A stretch of DNA of 52,513 nt, counting the filler, from Sphacelaria rigidula (taxonomy: Eukaryota): assembly GCA_964200075.2 (NCBI GenBank). It is 4 parts of 4 records of this genome, joined end to end, with 100 filler letters (N's around TTAATTAATTAA, not from the genome) between each part and the next. Parts side by side here need not be neighbours in the genome. Positions count along the whole stretch, not along the records: positions 13,157 to 26,209 come from CAXNAA020003197.1; positions 26,310 to 39,362 come from CAXNAA020003198.1; 2 more parts are not named here. One strand, written 5' to 3'. Shown here piece by piece: positions 20,601 to 31,933 of the stretch (the first letter of the stretch is position 1; the number at the start of each line of letters is the position of its first letter). The position numbers and the translations under genes were made by a program. Below the pieces are notes generated by a model that was given only the letters and a program-made list of their open reading frames with translations, searched no databases and was not told the origin of the DNA.

Positions 20601-23600
20601 CACCCCCTTGCAACGACTCCTCCCTATCTTCTCTCGAATCTGGTCTCTCTTATCTCCCCTTGTCGTGTTCTTCGGGGGGATATCGCCTCCACAGAAACTA
20701 GAGATTCAGCTCGCCGCAATCGGCTGCCTGTACATGGTCATCACTCGAGCGGGACCGGAGACGATGGGCATGCTGTTGGCGCATCGCGTTCCCGCCGTCC
20801 TCTGCGCCTGCGCAAGGAGGCATTTTCCAGAGGGATTCGGTGCGCGCGAAGCTGCCTCGTTGGATGTGGCGGCGGCGACTGTTGCACCAACTCTTACGGT
20901 AAACAAAATAGATGTACAAAACGAGCAATTTTCTCCGGCCAATCGTAGATACAAATAACTCACACAAATTATCTCTCATGGCACGATTCTGACAAGACTG
21001 CACGAAATATTGACTTGCACATGGTGCCACCCACCTTTCACAGCTGGTAGGGGTCTCTTTCAGTGCAAACAAAGCCATGGATGAAAGAGCAAGTGAGGGT
21101 ATTCTGTACTATCCATGACACAGTAGCGACGGGAAAGAGCCTACTGTCTCTACTACAGAACCGTGGTACCCATAGAGAAGCGGTAGTGGTTCATTCTCTT
21201 CTCTTCGTCGCTACGGACAAGCTGAAGCGAGTATCAGACGGGAGAAATCCTTCCGGCAACGGCGGTAGGCTGACGGCTGAGGGCTTGAAGTTGTGTTAGC
21301 CAAGAGCTTGCGTTCAGCAACATTACGGCTGCCGATCCCACCAAAACTCTGTCGAAGTAAGTACGATTGACTCACCGACATATGACTACGGCTTGTTTTC
21401 CCACATCCGTGGCCGTGCAGGCGATGGAGTTGCGCGGGTTAAGGTCAAACTCGTACTTGTTGGGCACTCTGGCGTAGAGTGGGGTATGACTCGCGCTTTT
21501 TTCTGATAGGTACGTACACGCTTTCGTAAAAAAACGGGCGGCCTGTGCTCTCGCACGAATATGTTCCCAGAAAGTAAGTAACTGCACGATTTTCCAACAG
21601 TGGGACTCCCTCTAGTTTTGTTCCGTAAAAGTTGGTCATATCCCGGAAGGTGGACGAAGCTGCTGGCTGGAAATTCATTTAGTGTCAGCATTTCCGGGCC
21701 CATAAGAGTTGGTCTTAGTGAGTACCCCTCCTCGTTCTCTCCCTCTCGTGTGTGCGGCGATCAGATGCCCCCACTGGCGCGCTCCGCGGTGCTCGCTCTT
21801 GCGCTTCTGGTGCATCCCACGGGACCCCAGTGGGCGCCGATCCGGGCCATGCCCTTTTACGAGGCGACGACTGAAGAGATGAGGTCACGGAACAAGGTAC
21901 TCAGCGGGCTTGCTGCAGATGTCAAGGCAGCGGCGGAGCTTGGAGCATCGGTCTGGCGAGAAACAGCCACGCACCTGATGAAGACGGCAAGGAACGTTCC
22001 GGGTGGCGGTGGTGGTGACGGTATGGTGGGTGGGGCTGAACGAGGAGGGCAAGAAAGCGGCAGCGGCGGTGGGAGTAGCCGCAGCGGTAGGCACTTGGCA
22101 GGAAGAGGAGTAGCCGCCACCAGCGCACTTTCTGTTTTATGCGCCATCCTGTGCGAAGATGCGCATTGGGATAGCTCATCAGTAGCGAAGAGAGATTTAT
22201 TTGGGGATAATGAGGGTCTTCGACCGGTGGCCGAGATTCCTCGGGGTGAGCCTGCGGAGGTGAGATTTGCGGCCCTGCGGTTGCTTCTACACACGTGCCG
22301 CGTGTCGTCGGCTGTCGCGCACGCGTTTGCCTCGTTTGGCGGGGGAGCGGCTGTTCAGACGTTGCTGGCGCGCCTCTGTTTGCCTGTGAACAATGGCGTA
22401 TCGAGCGGCGGTGGCAAGGTGAGACATTGAGGTACATGACGTGGTCTGTTTTGAGTTTTGAGTTCTGTGGGAAACATCGACAGATGATGCGACTTAAATT
22501 GCATTGCGAGAGATCATTCGTTCATGTGAGTCCAGCATGATGTAGTGTTAGACATTGCGTACTCTGCCCAAGCTACTGGAGACGTGTTCTTGTCCTGTCA
22601 AAAGCCACCACCCTAGTTGCTTCGCTTGCAGATGTTTTTGCGTCGACTGCAATCACAGTCAAGGGCCGACTTCTTCTCGTTTCTGTCATAACTCTATCGC
22701 TGTTGCACTGTTTTCGTCCATTTCTCCGTCCTTGTTATGCCCAAATCCAACCTTATGTGGCACGAGGAACAGGACACCTCCCACGTGAGGGGTGAGCGGA
22801 GCGAAGAACACTCCACCCCCGCCAACACTCCCAACGCGGCAAGCTCGGTCGGTGTTGTGTTGCTTCTCTTTGCCACACTTATCGGCCATGGAGCCCTGAC
22901 GGGGCAAGAAGCGTACAGCTGCGTTCGATCCGCAACGTTCTGTCTCTGCGAATGGTCGAACCCCAGCGTTTCCGCCGCAGGCATGTCCGTCTTAGATGCC
23001 TGCTTGTACCACCGTCGCGTGTGCATCGTCGGCAATTATGTCAACGGGGGTAAGTACAATTTCACCGGCATCATCGGCCACACAGGCATCATGCGGGCGC
23101 ATGAGAGATCGAGCTGTGCGAAGCGTGGCCCTGTCGATAGCGACACCGGTGGAGTTGAGGCAATGGAACAGGCATCCACCGCGGGGCTGAAATCTGCCAC
23201 ATCGTCTCAGGTCCTCGCGATCATCCAGTCTCTCCTCGCCCCGGACTGCGCCACCAAGGTAGGGGAGAATAATGAACAAAAAGCCTGCGTCTCGAACGGA
23301 CACAGTGTAGTTGTGAGCGGGCAAGCGCGCTTGGACGGCTCCAGTTTCGGAGTACCCTTAGACGGGGTGCTCGACGCACCAGTCCATCTCTTGTCCCACG
23401 CGATTAGTGGCCAGGGCGACGATTTGCGGAATTTGGTTCAACGGCAGACAGCGGAGGCCCCCCGGAATCTCTGGTCCCAGATCTACCGTCAGCTTCGATG
23501 CGGAGGGTCCGGAGAGTTGTCACCCGAGGGGCTCGTCTCTGCGCTGCGGTTTGCGGCGAGCGTGTTACTGTCTCCGGGCGTTGATGTGTCCGAGTTGGTT

Positions 23601-25325
23601 CTAGGAGCAGGGGAGGTGGCCGATGGAGGAGAAACTGACCACGACCTTCTCGGTATTATTTGTGGTCGTGTACTCGCGCGTGGCCACCTAGAGGCAGTGG
23701 CGCAGTGGCCGGAGCGGCAACGATTCACAAGACTTGCGGGGGGAAGTGGAGGGGGCTTTGCCGGCTTGGCGGCCGTGGTGATGGCAGCGGTGAGCATTTT
23801 GCAGGCATCGCTGTCCGCGGAAGCATCGCGCGAGGCACTCCTAAGGATGCAGCAAGGAATGCACACCCGCGGTGTCGTCGCGGCCGTGCTCGGGGCGATG
23901 AGGGTACTGCGTGAACGGAGGGAAGAGCAGGAAGGACGCGGTGGCGATGGGCGGCAGAGAAGTCACGACGACAACGAGCAGGGCCGGGAAGAGGATGAAG
24001 AAAGCGAAGGCGAAGGAGACGGAGGTAGGGAGCAAAATGCCGTCGCTGCGGGTTTTTCCATGATGAGTAATGCCCTGTGCATGTGCGTCGACATCCTGTC
24101 TCGTCTCGTCCTGCTGTCCTCGCACTTCACGCTGCAGTTTCTGGAGCAAGGGGGGCTCACCGATCTCGTCTCTGCCGGTGCTCTGTCGGGGACATCACCG
24201 CCAGCCCTCGTGACCGGTGCGCTCGTAATCTCTAGTCAGCTGGCCCGGGCATCTGCCGACAACTACGCGCGCCTCCGCGCAGTGGGGGTCGACGCCAGTC
24301 TGCCGCCCCTCTTAGGGCACTCGGATCCCACGGTCCGTGCCAAGGCATGCAACCTCGTCGGCAACCTCTGCCGTCACTCCGCCTACTTCTACGCCGCTTT
24401 CCTGCAAAATGGGCATCAGCGACGAGAGCCTGAACCTGCTACTGCTACGATGGCCGTCACTGCCGAGGATAGCAGCGAAGGGTGCAAACGAATAAATTCA
24501 ACCGTGGTGTCAGCAGGATCATCATTGGCAGTTGCAGCTAGGGAGAACTCACCGAGTTCGGCTGGGACCACGACCCGAGATGGAAAAAGTAGAAGTGATA
24601 CCAGCAGCGTGGTCGAGCGCTTGGTGGTTTTGTGCGCCGATCCGGACGCCGCCGCACGAAAGTTCGCGTGCTTCGCGGTCGGAAATGCGGCGTTCCACAA
24701 TGAAGAGCTCTACGCGAGCCTCGCGCCCGCTTTGGACGCCCTGGTGCAGGCGCTGGATGACGCAGAGGAAAAAACTCGCGCGAACGCCGCGGGAGCCCTG
24801 GGAAACCTCGTACGTAACAGTAGCGCCCTCAGCGGAGACCTGGCTCGCTGCGGTGGGGTGTCGGCACTGCTTCGCGTGGCCGCTCGCGACACCTCAGCAT
24901 CGCCCCGAAGAATCGCCCTGTTTTCTCTGGGCACCTGCTGTGCCTACGCCCCTTGTCGGCAGGCGTTGATGACACTGCTTAGCGGCGTGCTTGATGACAA
25001 CACGAAAGTGCGAGAAGAAAAGCGAGATGCGGTAGGAGAGGGTCAATTGTTGGGGTTCAGGATGACCAGGCGTTGGGACGGGGAGAGAAAGTACAGTCAT
25101 GGCGGCGGTAGCGGCGATGGTCAGACCGGCGGTGGTTGGAGTATCGACGAAGAAACGCCGGCGGCGACCGCTGGGTTCGTAGGGGCGGAAAGGGGCGGGC
25201 TTGGTCAGAGGTTGGAGCGGCAGCTTCGGGAGTTGGAGAGAGATGCCGTCGTTGGCGGGGATGATGTGTCTCGAAAGTACGTGGTCAGGCTGAGGACTAA
25301 GCTGTCGGGGCCCCCGCAGCCGTGA
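17472..25325 (+). CDS. STK36: Fused/STK36/TIO-family Ser/Thr kinase with C-terminal ARM/HEAT repeats; exons 17472-17672, 18141-20396, 20695-20898, 21765-22418, ~22773-25325 (~1955 aa); 5' exon missing
   Basis: [80 protein letters not shown]-terminal [45 protein letters not shown]; all four introns GT-AG, phase 0. Confidence 0.92.
18141..20396 (+). CDS. STK36: Fused/STK36 exon: kinase C-lobe plus long low-complexity linker
   Basis: cccag|GGCGAA (GELFEIL) ... GAACAG|gtacc; HRD, DFG and APE motifs; 752 open codons. Confidence 0.88.
20695..20898 (+). CDS. STK36: Fused/STK36 internal exon (helical repeat)
   Basis: ccacag|AAACTA ... CTTACG|gtaaac; [20 protein letters not shown]; 68 codons. Confidence 0.75.
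21765..22418 (+). CDS. STK36: Fused/STK36 internal exon
   Basis: Polypyrimidine tract then tcag|ATGCCC ... GGCAAG|gtgag; 218 codons; [24 protein letters not shown]. Confidence 0.8.
22773..25325 (+). CDS. STK36: Fused/STK36 last exon: ARM/HEAT repeats
   Basis: 850 open codons to TGA; Fused-type C-terminal motifs; acceptor position approximate (aacag|GAC). Confidence 0.88.
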   Translation, partial: DTSHVRGERSEEHSTPANTPNAASSVGVVLLLFATLIGHGALTGQEAYSCVRSATFCLCEWSNPSVSAAGMSVLDACLYHRRVCIVGNYVNGGKYNFTGIIGHTGIMRAHERSSCAKRGPVDSDTGGVEAMEQASTAGLKSATSSQVLAIIQSLLAPDCATKVGENNEQKACVSNGHSVVVSGQARLDGSSFGVPLDGVLDAPVHLLSHAISGQGDDLRNLVQRQTAEAPRNLWSQIYRQLRCGGSGELSPEGLVSALRFAASVLLSPGVDVSELVLGAGEVADGGETDHDLLGIICGRVLARGHLEAVAQWPERQRFTRLAGGSGGGFAGLAAVVMAAVSILQASLSAEASREALLRMQQGMHTRGVVAAVLGAMRVLRERREEQEGRGGDGRQRSHDDNEQGREEDEESEGEGDGGREQNAVAAGFSMMSNALCMCVDILSRLVLLSSHFTLQFLEQGGLTDLVSAGALSGTSPPALVTGALVISSQLARASADNYARLRAVGVDASLPPLLGHSDPTVRAKACNLVGNLCRHSAYFYAAFLQNGHQRREPEPATATMAVTAEDSSEGCKRINSTVVSAGSSLAVAARENSPSSAGTTTRDGKSRSDTSSVVERLVVLCADPDAAARKFACFAVGNAAFHNEELYASLAPALDALVQALDDAEEKTRANAAGALGNLVRNSSALSGDLARCGGVSALLRVAARDTSASPRRIALFSLGTCCAYAPCRQALMTLLSGVLDDNTKVREEKRDAVGEGQLLGFRMTRRWDGERKYSHGGGSGDGQTGGGWSIDEETPAATAGFVGAERGGLGQRLERQLRELERDAVVGGDDVSRKYVVRLRTKLSGPPQP

Positions 25326-26209
25326 GCACAAGTTGTTGTTTACGGCTGTTTGGTGTGGCCTTGATGGCGGTGTGGAAGATTATGTAGATACAGCATGCGA
25401 GATGTTTCAGTAGTTGGTGGAAAGCTCTAGATTACGGTTGCATATTTTGGTCCAGAAAGCAGGCCACGGTCACGCATTGTTTGTAGAACATCAGGAATAG
25501 TGTAGATGTAGATATCAAAGCTGTGCGAGCTCACTCGTGCAAATTTTTCGCTTTCGAAACAAGTGTTGCACGATGCTCGTGGCGTGGAGTGTCGTAGAGA
25601 GATGGTATTATTTTGTGTGAATTCGGAATGATGGCAACTTGACTCATTTAGGCTCTCGCCTGGATTGCACAATATGGCGGGATCCAACAAAGACAGCGAT
25701 TATACGGGCATTTGTTCCAGGTGGCTCTCAAGTTGAATTGTTACACTCTGAAATTTATGGCAAAGTCTGTTCCAAGATGGAGAAGAAGCTCCTGGCTGTT
25801 GCTGAACTGTTCAGCGTGAAAACTTGGTGACTCTTTGACGGCACCTCCATCATCACCAATAAGCAATGAAGAGACTTGTCGTCAGGTCTGGAAAAGCTCG
25901 TCTGATGCGGAGGGAGCTACACGAATGACTATGGCGGATTCAGCTGCGTACGCCTGAAATCAGAGATGCGCCAACAACCAGCGTCTCCAAGACTTTCAGC
26001 CGTATACTAACTTTATCTATGACTTACCGAAGCAACAACACACGACGACACAGGGGGTACCCGTTATTCAGCTGTCACAATTTGCAGATCCCCGATGTCG
26101 TAGTTCGATGAATTTGGAGGGGCGGGAGCGGGGGGGCGAGGGCGTACTCATTTGTTGCTTGCCTTAGTCGTTTGACTATGGACCACGCATCACGTTCGAG
26201 AAGAAGCAC

Positions 26210-26309
26210 NNNNNNNNNNNNNNNNNNNNNNNNNNNNNNNNNNNNNNNNNNNNTTAATTAATTAANNNNNNNNNNNNNNNNNNNNNNNNNNNNNNNNNNN
26301 NNNNNNNNN
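26210..26309. other. Artificial contig linker N44-TTAATTAATTAA-N44
   Basis: Identical to the other two spacers. Confidence 0.98.
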
Positions 26310-27274
26310 ACTTGGTTTTAGTATGATGAGTCTACTCGTGACAAATCAATCCCTACGCTTTATTTCAGCGTTGCAACCCAGGTCCACGCAGCCCAGACAC
26401 GGGGAATGGCGCAAAAGTTGCGTCGATACCCCTTGGACCAGCGGTCAAAGTTTTTCTCCCTTTTGGGCAATCAAACCGAAGAAATCGTGAATTTGATGAT
26501 TTGTCCTAACCGTGGAACGTTTCCTCTGGCCAGGTCGATTGGTGCTTAGTTTTACTGTATAGATGAAGAGAACACGCTCGTCGGAGGTCTCGGCCGATGT
26601 GTATAGCCTGTTCACCGAACTGTCAGTTGCTTGTGGACAAATCGCGCTGCAGAACGTTCCGGATTTTTCACAGTCACAACCTCAACTCTCCAGAAGGACC
26701 GACCTGTCATTGGGAAGCTTCCCGTTATCCGTGGACTTGTTTCGTCGACCTCGATCTGCCCATTGCGGATGGCCGGCTTGCGTGTCGCCGTGGCCACAAC
26801 ATGCTTTACTCGCTGAAAACGAGGCAAATATCGTTGGCGCAATTTGGGGAACCAGCGCAGGTGTTGCTTTAGTCTTTATCTTACGCAATCCAATTATTTG
26901 TTCCGTTTTGTGATCGGAAACCGTCCCTAGCATTCCTATCGCAGTTTACACGCTGTCCGCACTGTCGATTGTCTCCCTCATCCCTCCTTGCGCCTCTTCA
27001 CCAAATCCTTGCGTGTTTAGGCTCAGGGAACGCATTCACAAATCGCGCTCCAAGGGAGCGACATCTGGCCCTCGCGCAAAGGAGCCCATGTACGTTGTCA
27101 CTGGTGTCTGATACACCATGCAGGAGGGCGGCGGGGGGGGGGGGGGCGCGCGGGGGAACCCGCCACGGGGTGAGGGGGGGGGGCGTCTCATCCCCGGCGG
27201 GAGGGCCACAACAACCNNNNNNNNNNCCCCCCCGAAAGGCGCCCCTGTTGCTTTGCCGGGGGGGCCGGACCCCC

Positions 27275-27305
<31 letters not shown>

Positions 27306-28919
27306 GCAAGGGGAAAACCATGACCGGATCAGAGCGAGGAGATTCAATTCATCGTCGGGAGAGCAACAAAAACCGGAGACAAATTTCGCGCTTACAGCAA
27401 GTCGAGGGCTTATTTATGCTCTAGGGCGAAGAGGAGGAATCACTGCCGGGCGGCGTGAGGGGATTTGTAGTTGAGAGTTATTTGTAAATTGGTACGTATA
27501 TATCGAGTCAAAGTGCTCATCGATCTCGAGGGCAGAGAAGGCGGTATTCAACGCGACCCCGGCGCCATCATTAACATGGAGGGTGGTGGCTGGGCATACC
27601 GTGAGAGGTGGAATAGTTACATCAACAGTTCAGATTTGAATTATTCCTACCTCGGGGGATGTACAGAGTGGATTTCAAGTCGGTATCACGTATTTCTATC
27701 TTTGGCCCTTCGCCGGCAAGTATGTGTAAAGTTTACTGAGATGTCGATAGTTTTTCAAGTGTCCCCGTTCTCCGCAGCACATCCTGCAGGGGACGAGCGG
27801 TGCTCGCCGAAATGAGGCCGTGCACTCTTAGCACAAATTCTTTCTCGACGCCGCCCTGTGCAGTACGGATATCAAGGGAGCTCTTGTGTCTCGCAACTGG
27901 AGAACGTTTTCTTTCAACGTTTTCCAGAAAAAGCATGGCTGGTGGTTTTTACCGTGCAATCACATGCTGGGGCGTGTGTGATGTGTACAGTATACGCGAG
28001 CGGGTGGTGTAGTATCGTGTGCAGGTGTTCTCCTTTCGGAGCAATTCAGATATCAGATTGAGAGCACGTGTGTCCTCCCGCCGAATTTCGCATTGACAGG
28101 GTTTCGCTAGATCTATTTTGTTTACTATAGCCGTAAAGTATATGCGCCTGTGCATGGCATGTGGGGCTAGGAATATGCGTCCTTTTGAAGACGTCCATCG
28201 ATTTCGGGACCACATCATTGTTTTCGTGGCATACTTTGAATAATGTTTCAGACCACAGGGGTAGGGAGGTGCGGAGAGGACAATCTGGATACAAGTAAAT
28301 AGTCTCCCAAACATAGCCAGATCTGTGCACTCAAGTTGAACGTAGTAATCTTAAGTATGTTAGTGGACTCAGTTGGGGCAAGGATGTACGGCCAGTTGTA
28401 GAGACCGATACCTGAGAGATGGGCAAGAATCGGCCGCGAGTGAGAAAAATCAAGAAACGGTTATCTCTCCTTTTCTTCTTCTCTGTGTATATGTGGTAGT
28501 GTTTCTTTCCCCCCGGTGTATGCAAGTCGCGGTTCGGTATCTCTCTTGCGTAGGGCTCACTGGTGAGAGAGATCGTACCCAAAATAGTGTGGCCGAAGTA
28601 GCTGAGTCGCAATCTGTTCCCACGCCTTTCTGTTCTCATTTGGGTATGAGTGTATTTGCCTACGGTGCAAGACCTTGTCCACCTGAAGCCATGTTGCAGG
28701 GGCCCGTCGTTCATTTCTAGTTTTTTTTTTTCTAGTTTTTTTTTCCTAGTTTTTTCTTCGTTTTTTGTTTTTTCGTACTAATTTTCTGTTTCTTCACTTT
28801 TTCTCCGGCGACAGTTCCCATTTTGTTCATCTCGGGTACGTCTATGTTGTGACCACGGCTGGGTCCCTCGGGAATTAGTTAAGGTAGTGCGACAATCAAC
28901 GCCGAGAGGGCACCTGTAT

Positions 28920-29190
28920 TCAACGCCTGAGCAATGCTACGGTAGGGGTACACTTTTTGCGCAAAATCTTGTCTGGTTCAGGCGCTCCTAATGATTCTAG
29001 ATGCACAAGAATTTTGGTCAGAGCATCCCCGTTTGCAAATTCATTCGGGACATCCCCGGCACATTGAAACAGTAGTCCTGACGTACTCTCCCATATATTC
29101 ATAAGCCGTCTCTTAGATGAGATAAAGGGTTCCCAACGATTCTAACCTCAGAAGATATTTGTACATCCCTACCGTGGCATCACTCGCCTG
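28920..29190 (-). repeat. Dispersed ~270-bp repeat, homologous to ~44100-44365 (+)
   Basis: Shared TTTGCAAACGGGGATGCYCTGACC, CTTGTGCATCTAGAATC, CAGACAAGATTTTGCRCAAAAAGTGYACCCCT. Confidence 0.85.
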
Positions 29191-30359
29191 TACTGCCGTT
29201 GGTTCCGGGGCAGGAACAAACCGAAACCCGAATAGTCGGTCACTTTTCCCCGGAGAGGGGCGTCCGTTTTCATATTCGCATTTTGCGACGAAGTGAGACG
29301 TGATGAGGAACTTCGAAAAACGAAGTATACTGTCTGTGCTGTACGATGCATGCAACTAACCAACCTCACGCACAACAATCTTGACGGACCAAAAACTGAA
29401 AGAAGGTACTTGGATGTGCCAACAAACGTAGGGCAAACTCTACGGTAATAACACCAAGTAACGTGTGATACTATCTTGGCGCAACGGTCATTCGTCGCGC
29501 GTGTGTATATGAAGGGGGGATAGTAGTGACAAGAACATCGCCCTGTTTTTCGACGACCTGCTCTGTGGCGCACAGAGACACTTCCTGTCGAAAACGGAAG
29601 GCAAAAAGGAATCGATATTTGCATTGGTCAGCACCACAGACAAAACACACGCTTGTATCAGTCAAGATGCGGCAACCCAAGCGGTATCATCTTTGTGGGG
29701 GCTGTACAGCGAACCGCCTGCCGTTCCTGTGTCGATGATGGAAAATTGGGTATGTGGTGGTAACATGATATCAATCTCTCCAGCAGTTGGGAATCGCCGA
29801 ACGAAGGCACAGAGAGGGAACGGGCGTGAAGCTTCCTCTACGTCGTTGCTCCTCCGGTGGCATCGCCATCGACACATACGCACACCGCATTATTCGGATG
29901 TACCTAGCCACATTTATGCTTAGCTTAAACGGGATAACAAAAGATCCGGAAATGCTTTCGCTATAACGAAAAAAATGTGAATTTCTGGAAGGTGCGGGTT
30001 GACCCCCATTTGAAAGTTCAACCCCGTTCTCCAGGATCCTGCTAATATGTGTATCTGCTTCCGTACGTTCGAAAAGGCCCTCACTAGGTGAGAGGGGGGG
30101 CTTCCGTCGACTCTGGAAATGAGAGGGGGGGCCTTTGGGTGTCATCCAAAATATTTCCTGGGTTTTCTTAACGTCCCTGAAAATGATATAAGAGGAAACA
30201 CACTATTCACGAAAAGTAGAGTGCTGCCGTTCGTGTATGGGAAAATAAATCTCGTTGCTAGAAAAATTATACAAATGGGAAAATGGGAAATCCTCAGCCC
30301 CTTTGCGATTTTTTCCAGGGCTCGAAAGAAACCCCGCAGCATTATGTAAGATGAGGGGG

Positions 30360-30583
30360 CACTTTCTATGATAGCCCCCCCCAAAACCAGCCCAGATCTG
30401 TCACGAAATAAACGGCCATACAGCGCCTGATGTTTGGGTTCAGACTGCATGACACGCGTCATATTGGCGGCATTGGCGGAATTATCAGCTGCTCGTTGTG
30501 CTCAGCGTTTTCCATCTCGATATATGTGAAGATTTTGCCTTCCCAAACCATGCGCGTTTTTTGGGGGGCTATCGTAGAAAGTG
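30360..30583. mobile_element. 224-bp MITE with TIR CACTTTCTAYGATAGCCCCCC
   Basis: 21-bp TIR with one mismatch; second partial copy at 13157-13300; no clear TSD. Confidence 0.75.
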
Positions 30584-30836
30584 TTACCGACTCTGATGAA
30601 AGCGGCTGCCCCCACCTCGTGATAGCCGTTTCGAATGTACGAAAAGGAGATACATATGAATTTGGGGATCGGTGCAACAACGCCGCAAGGCAAGTTAAGG
30701 GGATTTTGAACAGAAAATATATATGATCAAAGTCGCTTACGGTGGTAAAGCTGTTCGGGCAAGAATATGAAATTTCGCATGAGGGTTTGAGTCCCATATC
30801 AATGTCCAACCCCATTTTCCAGGAGACACTGTTTAA

Positions 30837-30942
30837 CCCTTACACCGCGATGCGGGTAGTCCATCTGGATCACCCATATTTTTTTCAAGTGAATATTAAT
30901 GCCGATTCAGCAGGTGCGACCTATACCCTTGCGGTCAAAGGG
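30837..30942. mobile_element. 106-bp piggyBac-like MITE (family of 16716-16813, opposite orientation)
   Basis: TTAA|CCCTTACACCGCGA ... TTGCGGTCAAAGGG|TTGA; internal TGGATCA...TTTTTTTCA...ATGCCGATTCA matches rc of 16716-16813. Confidence 0.8.
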
Positions 30943-31416
30943 TTGAAAGGGTGTATGTTGAAGCACCATTTCGGGCTAAAACGTTTTGTTTTTTTTCACT
31001 CCAAAATCGCGGGGGGAAAGGTGCTTTCACGCATATCCTTTGGGGGCGGAACAGAAGACGGGAAACCCCGAAAAATAGTTTCAGGGAGGTCGGGGGCATG
31101 GGGTCGTCCATACGAAAGTCATTTGCCATAACTTCAGCTCTGGGAAAGCACTGTAACTGTTGTAGAGTTGAGCCTCATTTTAATTAAAGTTCAATCTCAT
31201 TTTCGAAAATAATCTGTTTTTTACAAACGGATGCACTGCCACAGCCATACTGTACATCAACGCACACGAATTGGGCCGTGATCTGCCCACGTTGTTCGAT
31301 CAAGGAGCAGATGCGTCCATTTATCTACCCATCAGCCCGGTCACATGCTCTGTCGTTGAGTACACACCATCCCGAGTAGATCCCGCGACGTGCGGAGAGG
31401 CCTCAAAACTGAGGTC

Positions 31417-31669
31417 TGTGACGTAATCACGCCGTCACGTTGAATGTATAGTGATGATTGGATGATAACTTGGGATCTGTAGTGATGATATGCATGGTGG
31501 CATGGACGCAGGGGTGATACCCTGATGTGGTTTGTGGAGCATGTGCCTGTGTGGAACTCCAGGATAAAAGGTGTTGTGAAGGCTAACAGGTGAAACCTGA
31601 GGCCAGTGGAACTGGAAAGTTCCTCAACAGCATTAGACGCTGCAGTACTAGCGACCTGCTGGCGTCACA
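31417..31669 (+). repeat. 5' LTR (253 bp)
   Basis: TGTGACG...CGTCACA terminal inverted repeat; roughly 85-90% identical by eye to 37078-37336. Confidence 0.93.
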
Positions 31670-31933
31670 ATACCGATATTAGTGCTAGTTGTGCTAGTAG
31701 TGCGATCGTTAGTGGCTGCTGGAAAGTTTTCAGTAGAGAGGAGTCTGGACAGCTTTGGACATATTGCTTCACGGACGTGTGAGGAGGGTTCAAGCTGAGG
31801 TAGCTGCAAAGACGGCTGGCCCGTGATTGATCCAGACTGGAGACTTGCTGGAGCTGCGTACAGCGGGAGTTTATGGGACCCCACAGCTGTGTGGTGCGGC
31901 GACGAAGGCAGGTGTGAACTGTGGAGTTCGAGA

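Noticed and set aside
27121..27310. G/C homopolymer-rich region with Gly/Pro-rich ORFs (possible G-quadruplex)
   Set aside because: Flanks an N10 gap at 27217-27226 and looks like low-quality read ends; same for poly-C at ~39308-39329
28920..29102. Conserved peptide FANGDALT..LVHLES.GAPE.DKIL shared with ~44240-44360 as a duplicated exon
   Set aside because: Substitutions are spread about evenly over the three codon positions by hand count and there are indels and stops, so it behaves as a non-coding repeat
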